From the IMG/VR virus record IMGVR_UViG_3300034073_003672, positions 1 to 25,623 of that record: a DNA stretch of 25,623 nucleotides. One strand, written 5' to 3'. A program made the translations under genes and the position numbers. Shown piece by piece: positions 8,988 through 17,315 of this stretch. Under the pieces are notes generated by a model. It was not told where the DNA came from. It did not search any database and saw only the letters and a program-made list of their open reading frames with translations. Within the stretch, counting starts at the first letter, position 1. Every line of letters begins with the position of its first letter. This stretch comes from a virus. Its lineage: Duplodnaviria > Caudoviricetes.

Positions 8988-9021
8988 CAGAAAGCCCTGG
9001 GGTTGCCGCCCTGGGGTTTTC
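8988..9021 (-). terminator. GC-rich hairpin / probable terminator after the par operon
   Basis: GAAAGCCCTGGG-GTTGCCG-CCCTGGGGTTTTC, immediately downstream of the ParB-like gene. Confidence 0.55.
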
Positions 9022-9033
9022 AGTTTGTAGAGC

Positions 9034-9297
9034 CTAGTTTTGTATATGGTATTTACCATCCCCCTTGTCGTACTTCTTAAACAGGTCTTCCAACGCTTCC
9101 AGGACAAAAGCTTTTACAGGCTTATCTGAGCCAGCTCTCATCATGTGCAGACGGCGGTAGTACTCCTCCGGCACATTCAGCGGCAGGCGTTTTAATACCT
9201 GGTCTAAATCGTCGCGCGCCAGCGCCTCCAGTGCCTTTTTACCGTCAGCGTTGTCAGTTAAAGTCGGTTTTTTGATAGACAAACTTGTTTTACTCAT
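9034..9297 (-). CDS. Ribbon-helix-helix centromere-binding protein (ParG/type Ib ParB-like)
   Basis: Small ORF overlapping parA. Flexible N-terminus followed by KRLPLNVPEEYYRRL...VKAFVLEALEDLF. Confidence 0.75.
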   Translation of the reverse strand: MSKTSLSIKKPTLTDNADGKKALEALARDDLDQVLKRLPLNVPEEYYRRLHMMRAGSDKPVKAFVLEALEDLFKKYDKGDGKYHIQN

Positions 9298-9928
9298 TGG
9301 CTAACTCCTGCAACTCCATCATGATTTTCTTTATATCAAAGCGTGGCTTTTCATCTTCACCCAGTGCGAGAACTGACTTACCTACTGCGGCCAGTTCCGG
9401 ATAATCTTTGAACTGAAAGGTGTTAGCCTTGAATACAGGCAATTCATACTCAGCCAGGGCATCCCTGACATCTTTACTCAAGTTAGTATTTTTTATTGCC
9501 CTAGATATTAAAAATGCCGCTTTTGGTTGTCCGTCAGTAATTTGCTGACGCACTTTTACCATCTCGACGACGCCAGCTGTTGCCCATACATCATAAGGGC
9601 TAGGCATAACGGTTATCAGCACAACATCAGCGGCTCTGACAGCTGCTGCGCTGAGTTCGTTTACCACTGGCGCTCCATCGATAATGACCCACTTGTAATC
9701 TCTTGATACTTTTGGCAGGTCACGAGCTATTGATAAACCCATTCTGATAACAGGCATCAAATCATCGCCAACGCGCCTGTCGCCCCAGTCCGATGACGAC
9801 CCTTGCGGGTCATGGTCAACAAGCAACACTGGGCCATCATATTGATGCAGCATGCTGGCAAGGTGAGTGGCAACTGTGGTTTTACCAGAGCCACCTTTTG
9901 TATTTAATATCGCAACGACTATCGGCAT
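9290..9928 (-). CDS. parA: ParA partition ATPase (type Ib, ParF-like)
   Basis: Deviant Walker A KGGSGKTT, VDHDPQGS, IIDGAP and PSPYD motifs. No N-terminal HTH. Confidence 0.93.
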   Translation of the reverse strand: MPIVVAILNTKGGSGKTTVATHLASMLHQYDGPVLLVDHDPQGSSSDWGDRRVGDDLMPVIRMGLSIARDLPKVSRDYKWVIIDGAPVVNELSAAAVRAADVVLITVMPSPYDVWATAGVVEMVKVRQQITDGQPKAAFLISRAIKNTNLSKDVRDALAEYELPVFKANTFQFKDYPELAAVGKSVLALGEDEKPRFDIKKIMMELQELANE

Positions 9929-9947
9929 TTCCGCCTCCGTTCAGTTA

Positions 9948-9995
9948 ATTTGCATTGTGCAAATGCACATTAGTACAAATGCACATTTATTGCAA
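9948..9995 (-). promoter_or_regulatory. parA promoter overlapped by 8-bp repeat array (parS-like array A)
   Basis: Minus-strand TTGCAA-17-TAATGT, overlapped by AAATGCAC/ATTAGTAC/AAATGCAC units. Confidence 0.65.
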
Positions 9996-10365
9996 CCCCT
10001 CTAAAATAACTAACTACTTTGCACCTTTATTTAGCTAATCCTTTCTGTTTGAGCCTGAAAGCCTTTATTTTCAATGGTTGTGCTACTTACAGTAAAGCTC
10101 GGGTCCTTACCTTGACAGTCAGAATACACAGCAATAAAAACTAGCATTTACCTTAACCGCATTATTTTCCACTCTCCTATAAATCCTAGGGCCTGAAAAA
10201 ATCAACAAAGCAGAAAAACAACGGCTTCAACTAAAAGACAGTAGTGAAACCTCAACAAATATACACAGAAAGCCCTACGTAAAACCAGAATCCGCAATAA
10301 TGTACACAAAAAGCCCAACACAAGTATACATAGTGCCATAGGGCATCAAGTGTACATACACAGTG

Positions 10366-10393
10366 ACCCCATACTATACGTATAGTATGGGGT
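10366..10393. other. Protelomerase target telRL (28-bp perfect palindrome)
   Basis: ACCCCATACTATAC|GTATAGTATGGGGT, about 160 bp upstream of the protelomerase gene. The core resembles phiHAP-1/VP882-type sites as recalled. Confidence 0.9.
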
Positions 10394-10555
10394 GTAATGT
10401 ACACCACATATTGCCCTAGGGCATTGTGTATATACACAGTGCCATAGGGTTATAAATGTACATAGATGGTAAAAATAGGGCTTGACATATACATAGTTGT
10501 GAACTAAAAATATATGTAGGGTTTATTGTGTACTTTTATTGCGAGGTTGACGGCT

Positions 10556-12178
10556 ATGAGTGGCGAAAGCAGAAAGAAGGTAGACTTAAAAAAGTTAGTT
10601 GATGAGCTGATAGCAGAGGTGAAAGTCATCGATGCTGATGACTCTTTGAATCGGTCAGAAAAAACAAAGCTGATAACTCGGGCAGCAACAAAGTTTAAAA
10701 ACAAATTGCATGATGACGGCCGAAAAAAAGACGATGCCAGGATAGCGCTCGGCACCTATCGCAAGTATATGACGCAGGCTAGAGCAGAGGTAACGGCTCA
10801 GAATTGGAAGCACCACAGCTTAGGGCAGCAAATAGAGAGGCTTTCTAAGAAGTATCCTCAGTTCGCTGATGCCTTTCTAAAAATGAATGAAAAATATCAC
10901 ATAACTGATATAAGGCTTGCTCATAGAGACCTGTTAAATAGCATCAAAGATAACAATGAAGCCTATGAAGATATTAAGGGCATGAAACTGGACCACGAGG
11001 TGATGCGCCATTTAACTGTTGCCAGCGCCCAAAAAGCGAAACTGGCAGACCAGGCGGCCGAATCGTTGGAATATAAGAAGCACTCCACTGTTGAAATTAA
11101 CTATCACCAACTGCTCGCCAGTGTGGTCGACCTACTGACGAAGAAAACAAAGACTGTTGGCAGCGACAGTGCTTATAGTTTCAGCCGCTTGGCACTCGGC
11201 ATAGGCTTTGCCACTGGCCGCAGGTCAGTCGAAATACTAAAACAGGGTGAGTTTAAAGTCCTGGATAAACAACGGATGGAATTCTCCGGACAGGCCAAAA
11301 AGCGCGGTGGTGCCGACTACAGCGACTCATACACGATTTACACTCTGGTCGACGCTAACCTTGTAATGCAGGCTATAGAGCAAATGCGACAGCTGCCTGA
11401 AGTTGTAGCCCTGGATGACTTTGACGAGCTGCCAGAAGTGAAGCGAAACGACGCGATTAATAAGCGTTGTGCAAAAACGCTTAATACCACTGCAAAGCAA
11501 TTTTTTGACGATAATGAGCGGGTTTTTAAAGACTCCCGGGCAATATGGGCGCGCCTGGTGTATGAGCTGTTTTTTAAGCGCGACAAACGCTGGGCTAAAA
11601 AGGATGAGGATGTTTTCTGGCAAGAGATGCTGGGCCACGAGGATATGGAAACGCAGAAAGCTTACAAACAGTTCAAAATAAACTATGACGAACCAGAAGC
11701 TACTGCAGCTGAACCGGTCAAATTCAAAACCAGACTGGAGGCTATGATGGCACTGGATGAGGAGATGGCGGAACGGCCAGCTCTTTTAAAAATTCACGAC
11801 TGGGCAAAGGGGCGCCTGAAGCAGGACCCAAATGCCACCATCAACCAGTCAGTGATCACCAGGGAAATCGGCTCCGGCCGGAAAGTGATCAAGGACTATT
11901 TAGACTTAACGGCCGACGCTTTAGCGGTGACTAATGTGGAGGTGACTGTGGCGCCTGTTCCTGCCAAAAGTGCGCGCCAGGATAAAACAGAACCTGCAGA
12001 TGGTGCTGGTGTAAAACCATTCCTGAAGGCCCAAAAAGTGGATGATGAACACTATGAAGCGGTGGCGCTGGTGAATGGAGAGGAGGTCGCTCGAGTAAAA
12101 ATTAAGGGCGGCAGAGTTGAAGCTATGACGGCCGCCCTGGAGGCTTTTAAGAAATCGTCAGCTGTTGGTCGACATTAA
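10556..12178 (+). CDS. telN: Protelomerase (telomere resolvase)
   Basis: ATGRRSVEI, FSGQAKKR, FKDSRAIWAR and LGHED..TQKAY catalytic motifs. GAGG RBS before the ATG at 10556. Confidence 0.95.
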   Translation: MSGESRKKVDLKKLVDELIAEVKVIDADDSLNRSEKTKLITRAATKFKNKLHDDGRKKDDARIALGTYRKYMTQARAEVTAQNWKHHSLGQQIERLSKKYPQFADAFLKMNEKYHITDIRLAHRDLLNSIKDNNEAYEDIKGMKLDHEVMRHLTVASAQKAKLADQAAESLEYKKHSTVEINYHQLLASVVDLLTKKTKTVGSDSAYSFSRLALGIGFATGRRSVEILKQGEFKVLDKQRMEFSGQAKKRGGADYSDSYTIYTLVDANLVMQAIEQMRQLPEVVALDDFDELPEVKRNDAINKRCAKTLNTTAKQFFDDNERVFKDSRAIWARLVYELFFKRDKRWAKKDEDVFWQEMLGHEDMETQKAYKQFKINYDEPEATAAEPVKFKTRLEAMMALDEEMAERPALLKIHDWAKGRLKQDPNATINQSVITREIGSGRKVIKDYLDLTADALAVTNVEVTVAPVPAKSARQDKTEPADGAGVKPFLKAQKVDDEHYEAVALVNGEEVARVKIKGGRVEAMTAALEAFKKSSAVGRH

Positions 12179-12391
12179 CTTTACTAGCTCTTGAAGCCTA
12201 CGACTTTGTTTTAGCAGGGCGGTGTAAAAGCCGCCGCTTTCAGAGCCTTGATTAACCTGGTTAGCAACGCTGGCCATCCCTACCAGTTCCTCTGCAGACA
12301 GAGTTGCTTCATCTAATAAATCTTCTAATGACGTCGAGACTTCCTGTCGTAGCCTTTCCGTCGCCAATACTTGCTGTACTACATCATTCAC
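12158..12391 (-). CDS. Small helical hypothetical protein (77 aa), candidate effector or antirepressor
   Basis: GTG start with an AGGAG RBS. Third gene of the module; overlaps the 3' end of telN convergently. Confidence 0.65.
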   Translation of the reverse strand: MNDVVQQVLATERLRQEVSTSLEDLLDEATLSAEELVGMASVANQVNQGSESGGFYTALLKQSRRLQELVKLMSTNS

Positions 12392-12403
12392 AAGTTAAAA
12401 CTC

Positions 12404-12922
12404 CTATTTTAAAAATCCTTTCTTACGCAGCATTCTGACAACAATCACTGTTTGAATTGTGAGCCAGGTTAAAATTGCTACTTCTGCATAGCTCAGTATG
12501 CCTTTAAATATCTCATAATTGTCGAAGAAGAAAAGGCTCGGCTGTATTCCAAGCCGGGCCTGTTCAAATTCGACGAATACCATCAGATTGACAGCAATAG
12601 AACCAAAGTAAGTGCCAATTAAAACCCACTCTGATTTTAATCTATGGTACACCACACGCCAGCCTGTAAAAACATGGATATAAGGCCTCCACAAAATAAC
12701 CAGGCACATAAATAAATCATTAAAGCTGTGAGCCACATAAAAAAATTGACGGTAGTCGCCTTTTTTCATCGACTGAAGCAAAGGTGATAACACAGCAATA
12801 TCTAGTAGCTTTGGCACCAGCATCAATAACAAAATCGAATGCAGGTTACTATTCCTTTTAGCCAAAAAAACCAGCAAAAGTATCCAGAGGCACAAAAATC
12901 CATTTTCAATGACTGGCGGCAT
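12404..12922 (-). CDS. Multi-pass membrane protein (172 aa, about 5 hydrophobic segments)
   Basis: Several hydrophobic stretches and a basic C-tail (RMLRKKGFLK). GGGGA RBS. Confidence 0.8.
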   Translation of the reverse strand: MPPVIENGFLCLWILLLVFLAKRNSNLHSILLLMLVPKLLDIAVLSPLLQSMKKGDYRQFFYVAHSFNDLFMCLVILWRPYIHVFTGWRVVYHRLKSEWVLIGTYFGSIAVNLMVFVEFEQARLGIQPSLFFFDNYEIFKGILSYAEVAILTWLTIQTVIVVRMLRKKGFLK

Positions 12923-12938
12923 TAACTAATTCCCCGGC

Positions 12939-13196
12939 TTATTGCTGATTTACTACTACCGGAGGATCGGTTTTATCTTTTCCGCCAGAAGTTAAAGCTC
13001 TTACTTCATACGTTGACGGCTCTTCCTTTTCACCAGAACTAAGCGTCACAATATCTTCTGAGGTTACAGTTTTAACGACTGGCGGGTCAGTTTTGTCTTT
13101 GCCGCCTGATGTCATTGGGCTAACTGTTCCGCCTGAAAGGGCTGGGTCTTGAGTTGCCGTCGTCAATACTGATGTGCCGAGATTTTTAATGTCCAT
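12939..13196 (-). CDS. 85-aa repeat-containing peptide precursor-like protein
   Basis: ATG at 13196 with an AGGA RBS. TSGGKDKTDPPVV occurs twice, with 10 of 13 codons differing only synonymously. Confidence 0.85.
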   Translation of the reverse strand: MDIKNLGTSVLTTATQDPALSGGTVSPMTSGGKDKTDPPVVKTVTSEDIVTLSSGEKEEPSTYEVRALTSGGKDKTDPPVVVNQQ

Positions 13197-13218
13197 TTTT
13201 TTCCTTTTTCGGGTTGTC

Positions 13219-13259
13219 AAAATACAGTTATAGGTACTGCCCGTCAATGCCCTATAACT
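13219..13259 (-). promoter_or_regulatory. Putative sigma70 promoter for the peptide module, with an overlapping inverted repeat
   Basis: Minus-strand TTGACG-17-TATTTT. AGTTATAGG-16-CCTATAACT inverted repeat brackets the -35. Confidence 0.55.
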
Positions 13260-16200
13260 TCTGGTTAACCTTCAATCGTAGCTGCCTTTCGCGATACCGC
13301 GACCTCAGAAGCTGTACCAGCTCCGCTTTGCCTATCAGCTGCCGGTCAATATCCAAAATGTCCTGTACTGACAACTGGGCTTGGGCAAATTCCGGAGGGA
13401 TCTCTGTGCCGGATATAAACTCATGCACGATCCTTATCACTCGATCTCGAACATAGGGATACTTCTCATCTGTACATATATGACTAATTTGGAAAGTGTC
13501 CCCATCGCCACAGAGCTCGGCCTCAAAGGCTTCTGGAGGTATTGGCTGCGCGTCCAGGCCTGTCTCTCTGCGTAGGGCTGCAGGTGCGTCCTTATCGTGG
13601 AACTGAAGGCTGCTGATGCCGTTCGATTTTCTGAGCTGAACATAACGCATCATGTGGGCCCAGGAGCCGGGTTCAATCATTAGCATGTTGTGGCCGCTTG
13701 ACTTCCACTTGTGGATCACAAGACCAAAACGCTCCAGAATGTTTTTAATGAACGTTGTCGGGTCTTTAGGCATTGCGCTAGGGTTTACATAGGCCCCGAT
13801 TTTAAGCGCGTTATACAGCTCTATAGAGGCCCTGTCTTTGAGTATGTCCGACATGGCCACCCGAGCCGCTTTATGCGTAAATTTACCTTCACCGGTCATC
13901 GGGTTTATGCCGAGCTGTTGGAACAGCTTCACATAAAGATTCCTGGTGGCGCGTTTGTAGTTATGCCTGGTCAAAACCACCTTGTTTTTTATTTGCGCCA
14001 TATCGTAGGCAACGGCCTCTGCATCACTGGACTGCAGCAGCTCCATGGCCGCCACTTTCTTGATGCCCCGGTCATCATAAAACGCTATTACTTCCGGAGT
14101 AATTTCTGCCACGCATAACTGCGTTTCCATGTGGTACCGGTCAATCTGTGCTGCCTCGGCCTCTGACCTTAGTTCTGAGCGGCTCAACCGGTTATAGACG
14201 TCGTCGTCTGGTGTTGGCTGGCTCATGATCATCTCGATGCGTTTCATCTCGATAATCCCCTTGCCCCACTTCTTCATTTGCTTCGCTGCAGCTATGGCAT
14301 CGTCATCAGCACAAAGCGCGTCGACAACATAGCGGTCAGCTATGAGGATCAGCAGCAGGTTGTTGGCGAAGTCGTTGCGGCTTCGGTTTTCTTCCGCTAT
14401 CGATGCCAGGCGAACTTCGTCATAGATGGTTTTTTTCCGACGCAGAATAATTTCTGTGCTTGTCTCTTCAAAATCGACAGTTAGCTCATCAGCTGCCACC
14501 AGGCCGCGATAAATAGCCTCGCGGTCAATATCCCGCTGCGTGTTGTTTATGCCTATTCCCATGACGTACTGGCGCGCCGTTCTGTCGCGTCTCATCATTT
14601 GTACAGCGTCTGTCGGCGGTACCACCCCATGAAAAATAGACACATGGTTGCTAAAGTGCGGAACGGTAATTGATACCCCGGAGCTGATAGCCGGTGAATA
14701 AATAATGACATCGTATTTAGTGCATTCGCCGTTTGGATCGTTCAAAAACGCTTCCACGTTTGCATCCGCTTTGCTGTCCTTGTGAACGTGCATTACACGA
14801 ATATCGGGCTTTTGTTGCTTCAGCACTTCAACCATTTTTTTGCCGTCTTTGGCTGAGTCGTTGGCCACCAGTACGGTCTTATCAGCCTTGGCCAGCGAGA
14901 TAACTTCAGCAAAAGCGCTATTGATGTCGGTGTGCAGGACGCTGATGTGTTTGCATGTGCCGGTCACTTCGATAATGTGAATAGGTTCACCAGGGCGCGC
15001 CATCTCACACAGGTCAATCAGGCCGTCATTGGCATCAGCATCGCACAACAGAACACGCCTGGAGGCGCGCATGGCTTGCACTAAACCGTCCATCACTAGG
15101 ACAGGATTATCGACAGGACCATTGGTTGTATGTCGCATTACCTGGCTGGCCTCATCAATACACAATGTATCAACCGTCTGAAACCAGTTCAGGCCGTCAG
15201 CGTTGGAAAATTTAGGGTTAATGATGGAATTTACACAGCATGCCAGGTGCGAAACAAACGGCATTTCCGAAGCCATGGTGTCCTGGTAATTGCTAATGTT
15301 CAGGCGGTTTGACGCATCACCGATCAGGCTGACCCTGTGGGCGATGTAAGCGGCCTTTGGTGCGCGGTGCATGATGGGCTGGATCAACAGGTCAGTTTTG
15401 CCTGAACCCATCGGGGAGCGGATAATTATACAGCCCTGCAGACCTTCCACCAGGTCGACAACAGCGCTTGGGATCCTGACGTTACCATGCTCCGTTTCTT
15501 CGCCCTGCAGGCGTATATAATTTACATTCGGCTGACTGAGTGCCTGGTCTGAAAAAGAGCGTAATGTCCTGGCGCGGTGCAGTTTACCTTTGGCCAGCCA
15601 GTTAATGCGGCCTCTGACTTTAAATTCGCTGATGCTTACGCCAGCTGGCAGACTGTTTTGCACATAGCGATAAACCTGCTCTGTACTGTACTTTATTGGC
15701 GACAGCATCATGCCAGCGCCAACGGCCTTCAGCGCCTCATCGTTTGCATTGTCATGACCAGAAAAACTAAGCCGCTGCAGGCAGTACTCAAAATAATGAG
15801 GATGTGCCACCAGTCGATTTTTACGGGCTTTAATTTGCTTCTTCACTTCGTCCAGACCTGCGATGCAATGCAGGTCGTTGAAGTCGGTAGGCTTCTTGCT
15901 GATGTCCAGCTCATCGAACAACGGATAAACAGAACGGATCCCAAAATCTTTATGCAGCTCGATGGCCGTCATTAAACCTTTGTTGCCGACCTTAATTTTA
16001 AATGCGTCGTTATCTGCCGCGTTAGTGATCTGCAACTCCGGTCTGTAGCGACTGTAATCGCGCAGAACCTTCTTCAGGTTGTCGGCGTTCATTGCGACAA
16101 TAACAGGGATGCTGGTGGCTAAAAACACAGTAGCACCGGTGGCGAAACCTTCGGTGGCATACGCCTTATCACTGGACTCAAGGTCGCCAATAATACAGTG

Positions 16201-16974
16201 CGCGCCATCGAACTGATGGTCATCGACGGCCACGGTATATTTTTTAAATTTTTCGTATAGCCGCTGCAGGCCCTTGTACTCGCCGTGAATGTCATGCAGA
16301 GCGATGGCTGTGAAATCCCCTGACCAGTCGCGCATGCGCTTCAATTCAATAGCACCAGTGGCGACAATGTCAGCAATCTGCTTTAGCTGAAAATATGGGG
16401 CGGTGCCGTCTTCAGCACCTAAGTACTGAACTGCATTACGGGGCAGCTGACGGTTTTCCTGCCGGATAAAAACATCCTGGTACGCCAGATGCTCGTTATA
16501 GCGCAGCTCCCTGGCTTTCTTTTCCTTGGCTTCCAAAGCAGCAAGCCGGTCCTGTCGGTCCCGGCGTTTTTTTGCTTGCTGCTCTGCCCAGGCGTTTTGC
16601 CTGGCTGAATCAATTCTTTGGCCGCCCTCCTGCTGATATATCTCCAGAAGCGCTTTAAAGCCGTCAAACGTCGCGGTGTAGCCGCCGTCTTTTTGCGTTG
16701 TGAAGTTGATGTGAGGGTATTCGATGCCGCCAGCTGTGCGCTTAATAGAGCCGTAAACAGCAACCTTGCCGTTATAGCCTTTTTTGAGGGTCTTTATTTT
16801 GCCGCGCAGCTTTTGGTCGTTCAGCTGGACATCGGATGAAATAGCGTGCCAGTCGACCTGAACCTCTGCAGCTGTTGCTGCAACATCCGAGCTGCAGAAG
16901 TCGAGCAGCGTATATGGATCAGAGTTAAAGCGCGCTTGGTAGAACTCTATGAGAGAACTTTTATTATGGGACAC
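13252..16974 (-). CDS. repA: Replication protein RepA (Toprim primase plus helicase), N15/VP882-type
   Basis: 1240 aa. Toprim motifs TEGFATG, AADND and TDFNDL; helicase motifs SPMGSGKT and IDEASQ. Syntenic with telN and cI. Confidence 0.9.
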   Translation of the reverse strand: MSHNKSSLIEFYQARFNSDPYTLLDFCSSDVAATAAEVQVDWHAISSDVQLNDQKLRGKIKTLKKGYNGKVAVYGSIKRTAGGIEYPHINFTTQKDGGYTATFDGFKALLEIYQQEGGQRIDSARQNAWAEQQAKKRRDRQDRLAALEAKEKKARELRYNEHLAYQDVFIRQENRQLPRNAVQYLGAEDGTAPYFQLKQIADIVATGAIELKRMRDWSGDFTAIALHDIHGEYKGLQRLYEKFKKYTVAVDDHQFDGAHCIIGDLESSDKAYATEGFATGATVFLATSIPVIVAMNADNLKKVLRDYSRYRPELQITNAADNDAFKIKVGNKGLMTAIELHKDFGIRSVYPLFDELDISKKPTDFNDLHCIAGLDEVKKQIKARKNRLVAHPHYFEYCLQRLSFSGHDNANDEALKAVGAGMMLSPIKYSTEQVYRYVQNSLPAGVSISEFKVRGRINWLAKGKLHRARTLRSFSDQALSQPNVNYIRLQGEETEHGNVRIPSAVVDLVEGLQGCIIIRSPMGSGKTDLLIQPIMHRAPKAAYIAHRVSLIGDASNRLNISNYQDTMASEMPFVSHLACCVNSIINPKFSNADGLNWFQTVDTLCIDEASQVMRHTTNGPVDNPVLVMDGLVQAMRASRRVLLCDADANDGLIDLCEMARPGEPIHIIEVTGTCKHISVLHTDINSAFAEVISLAKADKTVLVANDSAKDGKKMVEVLKQQKPDIRVMHVHKDSKADANVEAFLNDPNGECTKYDVIIYSPAISSGVSITVPHFSNHVSIFHGVVPPTDAVQMMRRDRTARQYVMGIGINNTQRDIDREAIYRGLVAADELTVDFEETSTEIILRRKKTIYDEVRLASIAEENRSRNDFANNLLLILIADRYVVDALCADDDAIAAAKQMKKWGKGIIEMKRIEMIMSQPTPDDDVYNRLSRSELRSEAEAAQIDRYHMETQLCVAEITPEVIAFYDDRGIKKVAAMELLQSSDAEAVAYDMAQIKNKVVLTRHNYKRATRNLYVKLFQQLGINPMTGEGKFTHKAARVAMSDILKDRASIELYNALKIGAYVNPSAMPKDPTTFIKNILERFGLVIHKWKSSGHNMLMIEPGSWAHMMRYVQLRKSNGISSLQFHDKDAPAALRRETGLDAQPIPPEAFEAELCGDGDTFQISHICTDEKYPYVRDRVIRIVHEFISGTEIPPEFAQAQLSVQDILDIDRQLIGKAELVQLLRSRYRERQLRLKVNQKL

Positions 16975-16987
16975 AGTTCATCCTTAA

Positions 16988-17043
16988 AAATACACAAATG
17001 AACATTTGCACATATGAGCAAATGCACAAAAACACATTTGTTT
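16988..17043. repeat. 8-bp periodic repeat array B upstream of repA
   Basis: AAATACAC AAATGAAC ATTTGCAC ATATGAGC AAATGCAC AAAAACAC ATTTGTTT. Confidence 0.8.
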
Positions 17044-17315
17044 GCTATTTCTAAGGGCCTTAACTAAACTTCGCTTTGCTTGTTAGCGCAGTTTTTGTTC
17101 AGGCCCTTTAACCTGTCTCAAACAGTTATCCAGAAAGCCCCGGGTGCCAGCCCGGGTTTTTCATTTCTGAAACAGGTAAAATTTTTTAAATCTTCTTAAA
17201 TCATTGCTCACCTGCATAAAAAAACGCACCCGGATCGCAATACGGCTGCGCGAATACTAAGCCAAAATTTAACTATAATCAAAGAAAGAGATCGTCTTTC
17301 AGTGAAATAGATCCA

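Noticed and set aside
10556-12178. Tyrosine integrase implying a chromosomally integrating prophage
   Set aside because: The motifs, size and adjacent palindrome fit a protelomerase, and no att-like context is seen.
12158-13247. vqmA-phage/LuxR receptor or a true qtip orthologue
   Set aside because: No PAS, LuxR or HTH motif is present. The 77-aa ORF resembles Qtip only in size and position.
13470-13485. LexA (SOS) box upstream of the peptide module
   Set aside because: CTGTACATATATGACT lacks the terminal CAG and lies inside repA. The CAG...CTG near 13225-13239 has the wrong orientation and spacing.
16988-17043. CRISPR-like array in the octamer repeats
   Set aside because: Units are 8 bp, tandem and without spacers; no cas genes are present.
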